The notes: generated from the letters alone by a model not told the origin. 64,000 bases of DNA from an uncultured Actinomycetes bacterium (GCA_963706885.1 CAVPNX010000023.1:14265-78264); one strand, 5' to 3'. Numbered from the stretch's first letter, positions 9,784 through 18,694 are shown. Made by a program: numbers and translations.

Positions 9784-10661
9784 GGCGCCGCGCCCTCCGC
9801 CGGCTCCGGCTGGTCGCGGTCCAGCCGGTGGCGCTGGACCAGTGCAGCCCGCACCCCGGGGGTGAACCGCCGGCTGACGGGCACCGACTGCCCGGCGCCG
9901 AGCTCCACCGAGACACGGCCGGCTGCCGAGCGCAGTCCCTCGACGAAGGCACCGTTGACCAGGTACCTGCGGTGCACGCGCAGGAACCCGGCGGCCTCCC
10001 AGCGCTCCTCGAGGCTCGCCAGGGGGACCCGCACCAGGTGCCCGCCGGACCGGGTGCACAGGCGGACGTAGTCGCGCTGGGCCTCCACGTACACGATGTC
10101 GGAGCGGCGGACGTAGCGGGTGGTGCCCCCGAGCTCGACGGCGATGGTCTCGTCGGCGGGTGGCGCCGGGGGGCCGGGCGTGGGCTCGGGGGCGACGGCG
10201 GGGGCTGGGGCGCCGGTCGTGCATTGGACCGCGGCGGCCTCGCGGTCGGCGCCGGTGCGCCGGGCCTCGATGGCCGCGCCCACCCGGGCCAGCGCCAGGG
10301 CGAGCCGCTCGGCGCGGATCGGCTTGAGCAGGTAGTCGACGGCCGCCACCTCGAAGGCGTCCACGGCGTGGTTGTCGTAGGCGGTGACGAACACGACCGG
10401 TGGTGGCGCGGCGAACCGGGTCAGGATCCCCGCGAGCGCCAACCCATCGATGCCCGGCATCCGGATGTCGAGGAAGACCGCATCGAACTCGCTCGACTGC
10501 AGGGCCGCGAGGGCATCGGCGGCACTGGTGACGGGCGTGACCGCGGCGACGCCGTCGGAGTTCTCGAGCAGGTAGGTCAACTCACCGAGCGCCGGCGGCT
10601 CGTCGTCGACGGCGAGCACGCGCAGGCCCCGGGGCGCAGGGGTACCGGTGGGCTCACTCAT
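9780..10661 (-). CDS. LytR/AlgR-family response regulator (REC + LytTR DNA-binding domain)
   Basis: Starts MSEPTGTPAPRGLRVLAVDDEP (codon 66 of ORF 9780-10856). Receiver motifs (VFLDIRMPGIDG, LLKP). C-terminal LytTR-like ...IVYVEAQRDYVRLCT...FLRVHRRYLVN.... Confidence 0.85.
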   Translation of the reverse strand: MSEPTGTPAPRGLRVLAVDDEPPALGELTYLLENSDGVAAVTPVTSAADALAALQSSEFDAVFLDIRMPGIDGLALAGILTRFAAPPPVVFVTAYDNHAVDAFEVAAVDYLLKPIRAERLALALARVGAAIEARRTGADREAAAVQCTTGAPAPAVAPEPTPGPPAPPADETIAVELGGTTRYVRRSDIVYVEAQRDYVRLCTRSGGHLVRVPLASLEERWEAAGFLRVHRRYLVNGAFVEGLRSAAGRVSVELGAGQSVPVSRRFTPGVRAALVQRHRLDRDQPEPAEGAAP

Positions 10662-11832
10662 CGACCGCCACCGCCTCGGCGTACTTCGGGATGCGCATCG
10701 TGATCCTGGTGCCCGCACCGGGTGCGGTCTCCACGACCAGCCCCCGGTCGTCACCGAACGTGCTGCGCAGGCGCTCGTCGACGTTGGCCAGGCCCACATG
10801 GTCCCCGGGCGCGCCGGACAGGCTGCGCCGGACCACCGCGGGGTCGATGCCGGCACCGTCGTCCTCGATGCTGATCAGGCAGTCGGCGCCGCGGTCCCGG
10901 GCGGTGATCGTGATCGTTCCCGGTCCATCGGTGTTCTCGAAGCCGTGGCGCACGGCGTTCTCCACCAGCGGCTGGATGCACAGGAAGGGGATCCGGACAC
11001 CGACGACCTCGGGGTCCACGCGCAGGGCGACGGTCAGCCGATCGCCGAACCGGGCCTGCTCCAGCAGGAGGTACTGCTCGATGGAGTGCAGCTCCTCGGC
11101 CAGCGTCGTGAACCGGCCGTGGGATCGGAAGCTGTACCGGGTGAAGTCGGCGAAGTCGAGCAGCAGGTCGCGGGCGCGGTCGGGGTCGGTGCGCACGAAC
11201 GACGCGATGGCGGTCAGCGAGTTGTAGACGAAGTGCGGGGAGATCTGGGCGCGCAGCACGCGCACCTCGGCCTCCGCCGAGCGTGCCCGGGTCCGGTCGA
11301 GCTCGGCGAGGTCCAGCTGGCCGGAGGCGAACACCGCGACCTCCTGGACCGCACGGACCATGGCGGGCCCGGCCGGTTGGGTCGAGTAGGCCACGAGGGC
11401 GCCGATGACGATGTCGTCGGAGGTCAGGGGTGCCGCGACCCCGCTGCGCATGATCTCCGAGACCTCCCGGGCCTGCTGCGAGGTCAGCACGACGACCGCC
11501 CCTGACTCCAGGGCCAGCGCGGCGTGCGCCAGGGCCGCGCGCATCTGGCGCTCACCCACGCCCTCCCACGCCAGGATCTCGGCGCGATCGGCGATCGCCA
11601 GGGCATCCACCCCGAGCAGGGTGCGCAGGGGCTTGGCCGCGCGCTGGGCCGACGCCGGTGTGAGCCCACCGCGCAGCCGGGGTGCGGCGAGGCTGGCCAG
11701 GTGCAGGGTGCGGTAGGTGGCCATGTCGCCCTCGGACCCCAGCCGGGTCCGGCCGCGCACCGCCCGGGCGAGCAGCACTCCGAGAGCGATGGCCCCTGCG
11801 ATCGCCGCGACTGCGAGCACCCAGTCACCCAC
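10654..11832 (-). CDS. LytS-type sensor histidine kinase (single TM, GAF-like region, His_kinase + HATPase_c)
   Basis: ORF track, 392 aa. H-box region QISPHFVYNSLTAIASF; ATPase motifs LVENAVRHG and DDGAGID. 8-nt overlap with the regulator gene. Confidence 0.85.
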   Translation of the reverse strand: MGDWVLAVAAIAGAIALGVLLARAVRGRTRLGSEGDMATYRTLHLASLAAPRLRGGLTPASAQRAAKPLRTLLGVDALAIADRAEILAWEGVGERQMRAALAHAALALESGAVVVLTSQQAREVSEIMRSGVAAPLTSDDIVIGALVAYSTQPAGPAMVRAVQEVAVFASGQLDLAELDRTRARSAEAEVRVLRAQISPHFVYNSLTAIASFVRTDPDRARDLLLDFADFTRYSFRSHGRFTTLAEELHSIEQYLLLEQARFGDRLTVALRVDPEVVGVRIPFLCIQPLVENAVRHGFENTDGPGTITITARDRGADCLISIEDDGAGIDPAVVRRSLSGAPGDHVGLANVDERLRSTFGDDRGLVVETAPGAGTRITMRIPKYAEAVAVDE

Positions 11833-11858
11833 GGGCGCACGCTATCGGCCGCCCGCCG

Positions 11859-11903
11859 CTGTGTCATGGATCCGGCCATCGGAGTGCAGGATCCATGACA
11901 CAG
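11859..11903 (-). terminator. Perfect 15-bp inverted repeat between the acs 3' end and the lytS-like start
   Basis: CTGTGTCATGGATCC (11859-11873) / GGATCCATGACACAG (11889-11903), 15-nt loop. Outer arms CCGCCCGCCG / CGGCGGGCGG extend the stem. Confidence 0.45.
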
Positions 11904-11926
11904 GGCGTGGTGTGCCGGCGGGCGGG

Positions 11927-13874
11927 TCAGGCCGGGGCGGCGAGGCCGGCCTGGATCTGGGCCATGATCGTGGGGTCGGCCAGCGTGGTCACGTCGCCGA
12001 GGTCGCGATGCTCGGCCAGGTCGCGCAGCAGGCGGCGCATGATCTTGCCCGAGCGGGTCTTCGGCAGCTCGGAGACCACCAGGATCTGGCGGGGCTTGGC
12101 GATCGGGCCGATCTCGTGGGCCACGTGCGCCCGCAGCGCGCCGACCAGGTCCGGGGTGTTCTCGACCCCCGAGCGCAGGATCACGAACGCGACGATCCCC
12201 TGCCCGGTCGTGGCATCGGCAGCCCCGACGACCGCCGCCTCGGCGACCACCTCGTGGGAGACGAGCGCCGACTCGACCTCGGTGGTGGAGATGCGGTGCC
12301 CGGAGACGTTCATGACGTCGTCGACGCGGCCCAGAAGCCAGATGGCACCGTCCTCGTCGAGCTTGGCCCCGTCCCCGGCGAAGTAGTAGCCGTCCCAGCG
12401 CGACCAGTACGTGTCGACGTAGCGGTCGTTGTCGCCCCAGATCCCGCGCAGCATCGCCGGCCAGGGCTCGGTCAGCACCAGGTACCCACCCCCGCCGGGT
12501 CCAACGGGGTGCCCCTCGTCGTCGACGACCGCCGCCGAGATCCCGGGCATCGGACGCATCGCCGAGCCGGGCTTGCAGGAGGTCACGCCGGGCAGCGGGC
12601 TGATCATGATCCCCCCGGTCTCGGTCTGCCACCACGTGTCCACGATGGGGCAGCGCCCGCCGCCGATGACCTCCCGGTACCACATCCACGCCTCCGGGTT
12701 GATCGGCTCGCCGACCGACCCCAGCAGCCGCAGGCTGGACAGGTCGTAGGCCGCGGGGAGGTCGTCGCCCCACTTCATGAACGTGCGGATCGCGGTGGGC
12801 GCGGTGTAGAGGATGGTCACCCGGTGCTTCTCGATGATCTCCCAGAAGCGGCCACGGTGCGGGGTGTCCGGGGTGCCCTCGTAGATCAGCTGGGTCGCGC
12901 CGTTGGCCAGCGGGCCCGTAGACGATGTAGGAGTGCCCGGTGACCCAGCCGATGTCGGCGGTGCACCAGTACACGTCGGTCTCGGGCTTGAGGTCGAACA
13001 CGTTGTTGTAGGTGGAGGCCGCCTGGGTCAGGTAGCCGCCGGAGGTGTGCAGGATCCCCTTGGGCTTCCCGGTGGTGCCCGACGTGTAGAGGATGAACAG
13101 CGGGTGCTCGGAGTCGAAGGCCTGCGGGGTGTGCTCGGTCGGGTGGATCGGCATCCACTCGTGCCACCACACATCGCGACCCTCGTGCCAGTCGACGTCC
13201 TGCCCGGTGTGCTGCACGACCAGCACGTGCTCGACGCTCGGGCAGTGCTCGACGGCCTCGTCGACGGCGGGCTTGAGGGCCATCGCGGCGCCGCGCCGGT
13301 ACTGGCCGTCGGCGGTGATCACCAGCTTGGCCTGGGCGTCGTCGATCCGCGAGCGCAGCGCCTCGGCGGCGAACCCGCCGAAGACCACGGAGTGGACCGC
13401 GCCGATCCGGGCGCACGCGAGCATCGCCACGACGGCCTCGGGGGTCATCGACATGTAGATCGCGACCCGGTCACCGGCGGTCACGCCGAGGGCGGTCAGC
13501 GCGTGGGCGGCCTGCGAGACCCGCGCGAGCAGGTCGGTGTAGGTGATGTGCTCGGTGTTGCCGTCCTCCCGCTCGAAGATGATCGCCGTGCGTTGGCCAC
13601 GGCCCTCGGCGACGTGCCGGTCCAGGCAGTTGGCCGACACGTTCAACTGTCCGCCGACGAACCACTTCGCGAACGGGGCGTTCGACCAGTCCAGGACCTC
13701 GTCCCAGCGGCGGTCCCAGGTGAGTCGATCGGCCTGCTCGGCCCAGAAGCCGAGCCGGTCGGCGTCGGCCTTGTCGTAGAGGGAGGGCTGGGCGTTGGCC
13801 TGGGCGGCGAACTCCGGATCCGGCGCGAAGGTCCGGTTCTCGGTGGCCAGGTTGGCGAGGGTGTCGGTGGACAT
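11927..13874 (-). pseudogene. acs: Acetyl-CoA synthetase, frame broken near 12905-12915
   Basis: N-terminal part starts MSTDTLANLATENRTF (13874) and runs to ...YTSGTTGKPKGILHTSGGYL...[10 protein letters not shown]-terminal part is ORF 11927-12820 ([16 protein letters not shown]...[11 protein letters not shown]). Length 1948 nt = 3n+1, with an extra G in TACGGGCCCGC. Confidence 0.9.
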
Positions 13875-13915
13875 CGGTGATGCTCCTGTCGGCGCGGAGG
13901 GTCGGGGTGGGAGGC

Positions 13916-13971
13916 GGGGGCGTGGTGTCGGGCGCGGGGGCGTGGTGTCGGGTGCGGGGGCGTGGTGTCGG
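13916..13971. repeat. 20-bp tandem repeat (about 2.8 copies), unit CGTGGTGTCGGGYGCGGGGG
   Basis: Read directly at 13921-13940, 13941-13960 and a partial copy at 13961-13971. Lies in the actP-acs intergenic region. Confidence 0.7.
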
Positions 13972-13972
13972 A

Positions 13973-14048
13973 TTGATCCAAGATCGAGGCCCTGCTGGTG
14001 GCCCGGAAGTTGGATCAACCGCCAATCCGCGCAGCGATCTTGGATGAA
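13973..14048. repeat. Short TIR-bounded intergenic element (76 bp)
   Basis: TTGATCCAAGATCG (13973-13986) is the inverted copy of CGATCTTGGATGAA (14035-14048), 13/14 matches. Internal TTGGATCAA at 14010-14018. Related to 19433-19533. Confidence 0.6.
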
Positions 14049-14173
14049 ACCGGGAAGTGGGCGGGGGCGGGGGGCGTGGGGCGTCGTGGGCGTGGTGTGG
14101 GGCGTGGGCGTGGGGGGTGTGGGCCGTCCGGGCGCCGGGGCAGCTGGCTCGCCGACGCCCGGACGGCTGTCAT

Positions 14174-15781
14174 TCAGTGCACCGCGACGGACTTCTCGGC
14201 CCCGGCCCCGGTCAGGGAGCGGACCTCCATCTCGGCGTACTTGGCCTTGTTCGGCTTCTCCTTGTCGGTCACCGCGCCGAGCCAGCCCAGGAAGAAGGCC
14301 AGCGGGATGGACACGAGTCCCGGGTTGTCCAGGGGGAACCAGGAGAAGTCCACGCCCTGGATCATCGAGGCGCTCCTGCCGGTGACCTCGTCGACGGGCT
14401 TGCCGGAGACCACGGGCGAGAAGATGATCAGCCCGACGGAGGCGATGAGCCCGCCGTAGATGCTCCACAGTGCGCCGCGGGTGGTGAAGTTCTTCCAGAA
14501 CAGGGAGTACAGGATCGTCGGGAGGTTGGCCGAGGCCGCGACCGCGAACGCCAGCGCGACCAGGAATGCGATGTTCTGGTCCTTGGCGAGGATTCCGCCC
14601 ACGATGGCGACCAGGCCGATCACCACGGCCGAGATCCGGGCCACCCGGACCTCCTTGTCCGCAGCGACGTCGCCCTTCTTGATGACGTTGGCGTACACGT
14701 CATGGGCGAAGGAGGCGCTGGCCGTGATCGTCAGCCCTGCGACGACGGCCAGGATCGTGGCGAAGGCCACCGCGGAGATGAAGCCCAGCAGCAGGGTGCC
14801 ACCCAGCTCGTAGGCCAGCAGTGGTGCCGCGGAGTTGGCCTTGCCGGGAGCCGTCAGGATGTTCTCCGGACCGACCATCGCCGCCGCGCCGTAGCCCAGG
14901 ACCAGGCTGAACAGGTAGAACATCCCGATCAGGGCGATGGCCCAGACGACGGACTTGCGGGCGTCCTTGGCCGTCGGCACGGTGTAGAAGCGCATCAGCA
15001 CGTGCGGCAGGCCAGCGGTGCCCAGGACCAGCGCCATGGCCAACGAGATGAAGTCGACCTTCGTCAACGTGCTCTTGCCGTACTTGGCGCCCGGCTCGAG
15101 GAGCTTGTCACCCAGAGGGCTGTTGTCGGCGGCGGCACCCATCACGTTCGACAGGGAGAAGCCGTACTTGCTCAGCACCCAGAACGTCATGAGGGCAGCA
15201 CCGGAGATCAGCAGGACCGCCTTGATGATCTGCACCCAGGTGGTGCCCTTCATCCCGCCGACGAGCACGTAGACGATCATCAGCAGGCCGACGATCGCGA
15301 TGGTGATCGACTGGCCGATCCCGCTGTTGATGCCCATCAGGAGGCTGACCAGCCCACCCGCACCGGCCATCTGGGCGAGCAGGTAGAAGAACGAGACGGC
15401 CAGCGTGGAGATCGCTGCAGCGGTGCGCACCGGGCGCTGGCGCATCCGGAAGGCCAGCACGTCGGCCATCGTGAACTTCCCGGTGTTGCGCAGCAGCTCG
15501 GCGACCAGCAGCAGCGCGACCAGCCACGCCACGAGGAACCCGATGGAGTACAGGAAGCCGTCGAAGCCGGTCAGGGCGATGGCCCCGGTGATGCCCAGGA
15601 AGCTCGCCGCGGAGAGGTAGTCCCCGGCGATGGCGGTGCCGTTCTGGCCGCCGGTGAAGGACCGACCGCCGGTGTAGTAGTCGGTGGCGGTCGTGTTGGA
15701 CTTCGAGGCGCGGATGACGATGATCATCGTGACGGCGACGAACGCCAGGAAGATCGCCATGTTGACCACCGGGCTGCCCAC
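14174..15781 (-). CDS. actP: Cation/acetate symporter ActP
   Basis: ORF track, 535 aa. SSS motifs TDYYTGGRSFTGGQNGTAIAGDYLSAASFLG and GLPHVLMRFYT. Preceded by a DUF485 gene as in yjcH-actP. The true start may be ATG 15821 (see findings). Confidence 0.9.
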   Translation of the reverse strand: MGSPVVNMAIFLAFVAVTMIIVIRASKSNTTATDYYTGGRSFTGGQNGTAIAGDYLSAASFLGITGAIALTGFDGFLYSIGFLVAWLVALLLVAELLRNTGKFTMADVLAFRMRQRPVRTAAAISTLAVSFFYLLAQMAGAGGLVSLLMGINSGIGQSITIAIVGLLMIVYVLVGGMKGTTWVQIIKAVLLISGAALMTFWVLSKYGFSLSNVMGAAADNSPLGDKLLEPGAKYGKSTLTKVDFISLAMALVLGTAGLPHVLMRFYTVPTAKDARKSVVWAIALIGMFYLFSLVLGYGAAAMVGPENILTAPGKANSAAPLLAYELGGTLLLGFISAVAFATILAVVAGLTITASASFAHDVYANVIKKGDVAADKEVRVARISAVVIGLVAIVGGILAKDQNIAFLVALAFAVAASANLPTILYSLFWKNFTTRGALWSIYGGLIASVGLIIFSPVVSGKPVDEVTGRSASMIQGVDFSWFPLDNPGLVSIPLAFFLGWLGAVTDKEKPNKAKYAEMEVRSLTGAGAEKSVAVH

Positions 15782-15817
15782 GGTCGTGGTCGACAGGGTC
15801 GGGAACGGCTGTGGTGA

Positions 15818-16192
15818 TCATGCGAGGCCCTCCATCTCGTCGCGGATCTCGGTCGCCAGCGGGTCGAGGCGGTTGTTGGCGTGGCGGACGTAGAGGAAGG
15901 TGATCAACGCGGTCGAGACGAACTGCAGCAGGCCGAAGATGACGCCGATGTTGATGTTGCCGACGACCTCGGTGGCCATCCACTCCGGCGCGAAGACCGC
16001 GGCGAACACGAACATGAAGTACCAGACGAGGAAGGCGGCGGTCATCGGGAAGGCGAAGCCCCGGTAGCGGCTGCGCAGCTCGATGAACTGCGGGCTGGTC
16101 TGCGCCCGCGAGTACGCCTCAGGATCCGGGACGCCCCCGGTTCCCTGCGGCGGCGGCCCCTGGCGCGGGGGCCCCTGGAGATCACTGGTCAT
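15818..16192 (-). CDS. DUF485 (YjcH-like) inner-membrane protein
   Basis: ORF track, 124 aa. ...FIELRSRYRGFAFPMTAAFLVWYFMFV... followed by a second TM helix. Stop overlaps an ATG (ATGA at 15818-15821). Confidence 0.85.
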   Translation of the reverse strand: MTSDLQGPPRQGPPPQGTGGVPDPEAYSRAQTSPQFIELRSRYRGFAFPMTAAFLVWYFMFVFAAVFAPEWMATEVVGNINIGVIFGLLQFVSTALITFLYVRHANNRLDPLATEIRDEMEGLA

Positions 16193-16448
16193 CGTGCTGC
16201 CTCCTGGTATGTGCTCGCCGGACCGGCTGGCCCGGGCCTTGGTTGTGCCCGGTGTGGGTGGCGTGAACGTAGGGCAGCCGGGACGTGGCCGGGAACAGCT
16301 GCGGGCCTGCCTGCGGTGAGCGGGAGGTGGCCCTCGACCAGAGGTCAGCCGGTGTGCGACGAACGGTCGTCACGCCCGACGAGCGGTGGCATGCGGATCG
16401 GCCACGGGAGCGGGGAGGTTGCCCGTGTGCGGCGCGGCCAGCGAGCTC

Positions 16449-17186
16449 TCAGTCGTGGTCCTTCGCGGGGCTGCGGCCCTCGGGCATCATCAGGATCGCG
16501 GCGACGAGGAAGCACGCCGCCCCGAGGAACGTCCCGGCGTTGGCCCACGTCGCACTGACCATCTGGCCGTCCGGGTCGACATAGGCGCCGATCGCGGAGA
16601 TCCCGAAGAAGACCGAGCCCCACATGTTGAGGGCGGTGATGTGCCAGTCGCGCTTGCCTGGCCGCCAGGAGAACCAGCGGTGGCCGGCCTCCGCGAAGGC
16701 GATCGCCGAGGACACCAGGAAGCACACCGACCCGAACGCGTCCGGCCGCCACACGTACTGCTCGGCCTCGGGCCGGGTGAGGCTGGCCAGGGCAGCGAAC
16801 GTGGTCACGTTGAAGAACAGGGTCCCGACGAGTTGGATCGCCGTGGCCCAGAACCCCATCAGCTGGGGCGTCCAGCCCACCCAGCGCCGTCCGCCGACAC
16901 GCACGACCTGCATGTAGCTCAGGTAGGACGCCGTGGTGAAGAAGACCGATCCGACGAAGAACGTGACGTCGGTGGCGGTCGTCCCCACGGCATCCTCGAA
17001 CGCCGGGATCGGGCCCACCAGGAAGCAGGTCGAACCGATGGCGAAGAGCAGGCCGATCCACCACGTGAGTCCCCGGGAGGCCTCGTCGGCCTTGCGATGC
17101 CGACGTGCCGACCACTCGATGATCCGCCCGTCAGCTGCCCGGTAGTGCACCCGCGTCACGAAGGGCCGTGGGCCCGTGACGACCAC
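16449..17186 (-). CDS. Integral membrane protein with repeated YrhK-like segments
   Basis: ORF track, 245 aa. About 6 TM helices with a recurring F(L/F)VGS..FF pattern. The family name is from memory only. Confidence 0.55.
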   Translation of the reverse strand: MVVTGPRPFVTRVHYRAADGRIIEWSARRHRKADEASRGLTWWIGLLFAIGSTCFLVGPIPAFEDAVGTTATDVTFFVGSVFFTTASYLSYMQVVRVGGRRWVGWTPQLMGFWATAIQLVGTLFFNVTTFAALASLTRPEAEQYVWRPDAFGSVCFLVSSAIAFAEAGHRWFSWRPGKRDWHITALNMWGSVFFGISAIGAYVDPDGQMVSATWANAGTFLGAACFLVAAILMMPEGRSPAKDHD

Positions 17187-17240
17187 GTCGGTGGCGTCGG
17201 GAGGGACCTCGACGGGCAGGATCGTGCGCCTGCTGTGGGC

Positions 17241-18635
17241 TCAATGCCGGAACGAGTCCGTGTGGCTCGGGTCGGGCGGCAGCGTCGCCGGGAGGCCCTC
17301 GAGGTAGTCGGTGGCCCGGCGCAGGTCCGCGAGGAACAGGTCGGCCAGGTCGCGGCCGAAGCCGTTGCGCACGACCACCCGCAGCCCGGACAGGTCGGTC
17401 AGCGGCTCGGGCAGCGAGTAGGCCGGTACCTGCCAGCCGCGCTCGCGCAGCTTCGCTGACACGTCGTAGACGGTGTAGTTGGTGACCTCGGGCTTGAGCC
17501 GGAAGAAGAACACCGGCAGCTCGGAGCCGTCCGAGAGCAGCTCGTAGGGCCCCATCTTCGCGATCTCTGCCGAGGTGTAGAGCGCGGTGTCGCGGCAGGC
17601 CTGCTGGATCGCGCGGAAGCCCTCGTGGCCCAGGCGGATGAAGTTGTAGTACTGGGCGATCACCTGTCCGCCGGGCCTGGAGAAGTTCAGCGCGAACGTC
17701 GGCATGTCGCCGCCGAGGTAGTTGACGTGGAAGATCAGGTCCTCGGGCAGGTCCTCGGGCGTGCGCCAGATGACCCAGCCGACGCCGGGGTAGACCAGGC
17801 CGTACTTGTGGCCCGAGGAGTTGATCGAGCGGACGCGGGGCACCCGGAAGTCCCACTCGAGGTCGGGGTCGATGAACGGGGCGACGAACCCTCCCGACGC
17901 GGCGTCCACGTGCACCGGCACGTCGGGACCGCCTGAGGCGGCCAGTGCATCGAGGGCGTCGGCGATCTCCTTGACCGGCTCGTAGGAGCCGTCGAACGTG
18001 GAGCCGAGGATGGCCACGACGCCGATCGTGTTCTCGTCGACGAGCTTCAGCGCCTCCTCGGCGTTGAGCTGCAGCCGGCCCTCCGCGATGGGGGCGTAGC
18101 GGGGCTCGACGTCCCAGTACCGGCAGAACTTCTCCCACACGACCTGCACGTTGATCCCCATGACGAGGTTCGGTCGGTCGGTGGCGAGCCCCGCCGCCTC
18201 TCGGCGCTGGCGCCAGCGCCACTTCAGGGCCAGCCCCCCGAGCATGACCGCCTCGCTGGAGCCCGTCGTGGAGGTCCCGGTGGCCTGCTCGTGGCTCGGC
18301 GAGCTCCACAGGTTCGACAGGATCTTCACGCAGCGGGCCTCGATCTCGGCCGTCTGCGGGTACTCGTCCTTGTCGATCATGTTCTTGTCCAGCGTCTCGG
18401 CCATCAGCCGGTCGGCCTCCTCGTCCATGAACGTCGTGACGAAGGTCGCGAGGTTCTGCCGTGAGTTGCCGTCGAGCATGAGCTCGTCGTGGAGCAGCCG
18501 GTACGCCACCCGGGGGTCCATGCCGTCGGCGGGCAGGGCGTCCTTGGGGATCCCGGCCAGCTCGTTGGGCCGGGCATAGACGGGGGCGATCGAAAGACGC
18601 TCGAGCTCGAGGAATTCCTTGGAGTGGATGGCCAT
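17241..18635 (-). CDS. gadB: Glutamate decarboxylase (PLP-dependent)
   Basis: ORF track, 464 aa. NMIDKDEYPQTAEIEARCV..., PLP-lysine motif SGHKYGLVYPGVGWVIWR. Confidence 0.9.
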   Translation of the reverse strand: MAIHSKEFLELERLSIAPVYARPNELAGIPKDALPADGMDPRVAYRLLHDELMLDGNSRQNLATFVTTFMDEEADRLMAETLDKNMIDKDEYPQTAEIEARCVKILSNLWSSPSHEQATGTSTTGSSEAVMLGGLALKWRWRQRREAAGLATDRPNLVMGINVQVVWEKFCRYWDVEPRYAPIAEGRLQLNAEEALKLVDENTIGVVAILGSTFDGSYEPVKEIADALDALAASGGPDVPVHVDAASGGFVAPFIDPDLEWDFRVPRVRSINSSGHKYGLVYPGVGWVIWRTPEDLPEDLIFHVNYLGGDMPTFALNFSRPGGQVIAQYYNFIRLGHEGFRAIQQACRDTALYTSAEIAKMGPYELLSDGSELPVFFFRLKPEVTNYTVYDVSAKLRERGWQVPAYSLPEPLTDLSGLRVVVRNGFGRDLADLFLADLRRATDYLEGLPATLPPDPSHTDSFRH

Positions 18636-18694
18636 GGGTCACGCTAGTCGTCCGACGACGTGCACGGAAGGTCACGGCGAACAGCCCGCGGCCT

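Noticed and set aside
17241-18635. A complete GAD acid-resistance system.
   Set aside because: No GadC-type glutamate/GABA antiporter or gadE-like regulator is present in the window. Only the decarboxylase and an unrelated small membrane protein are there.
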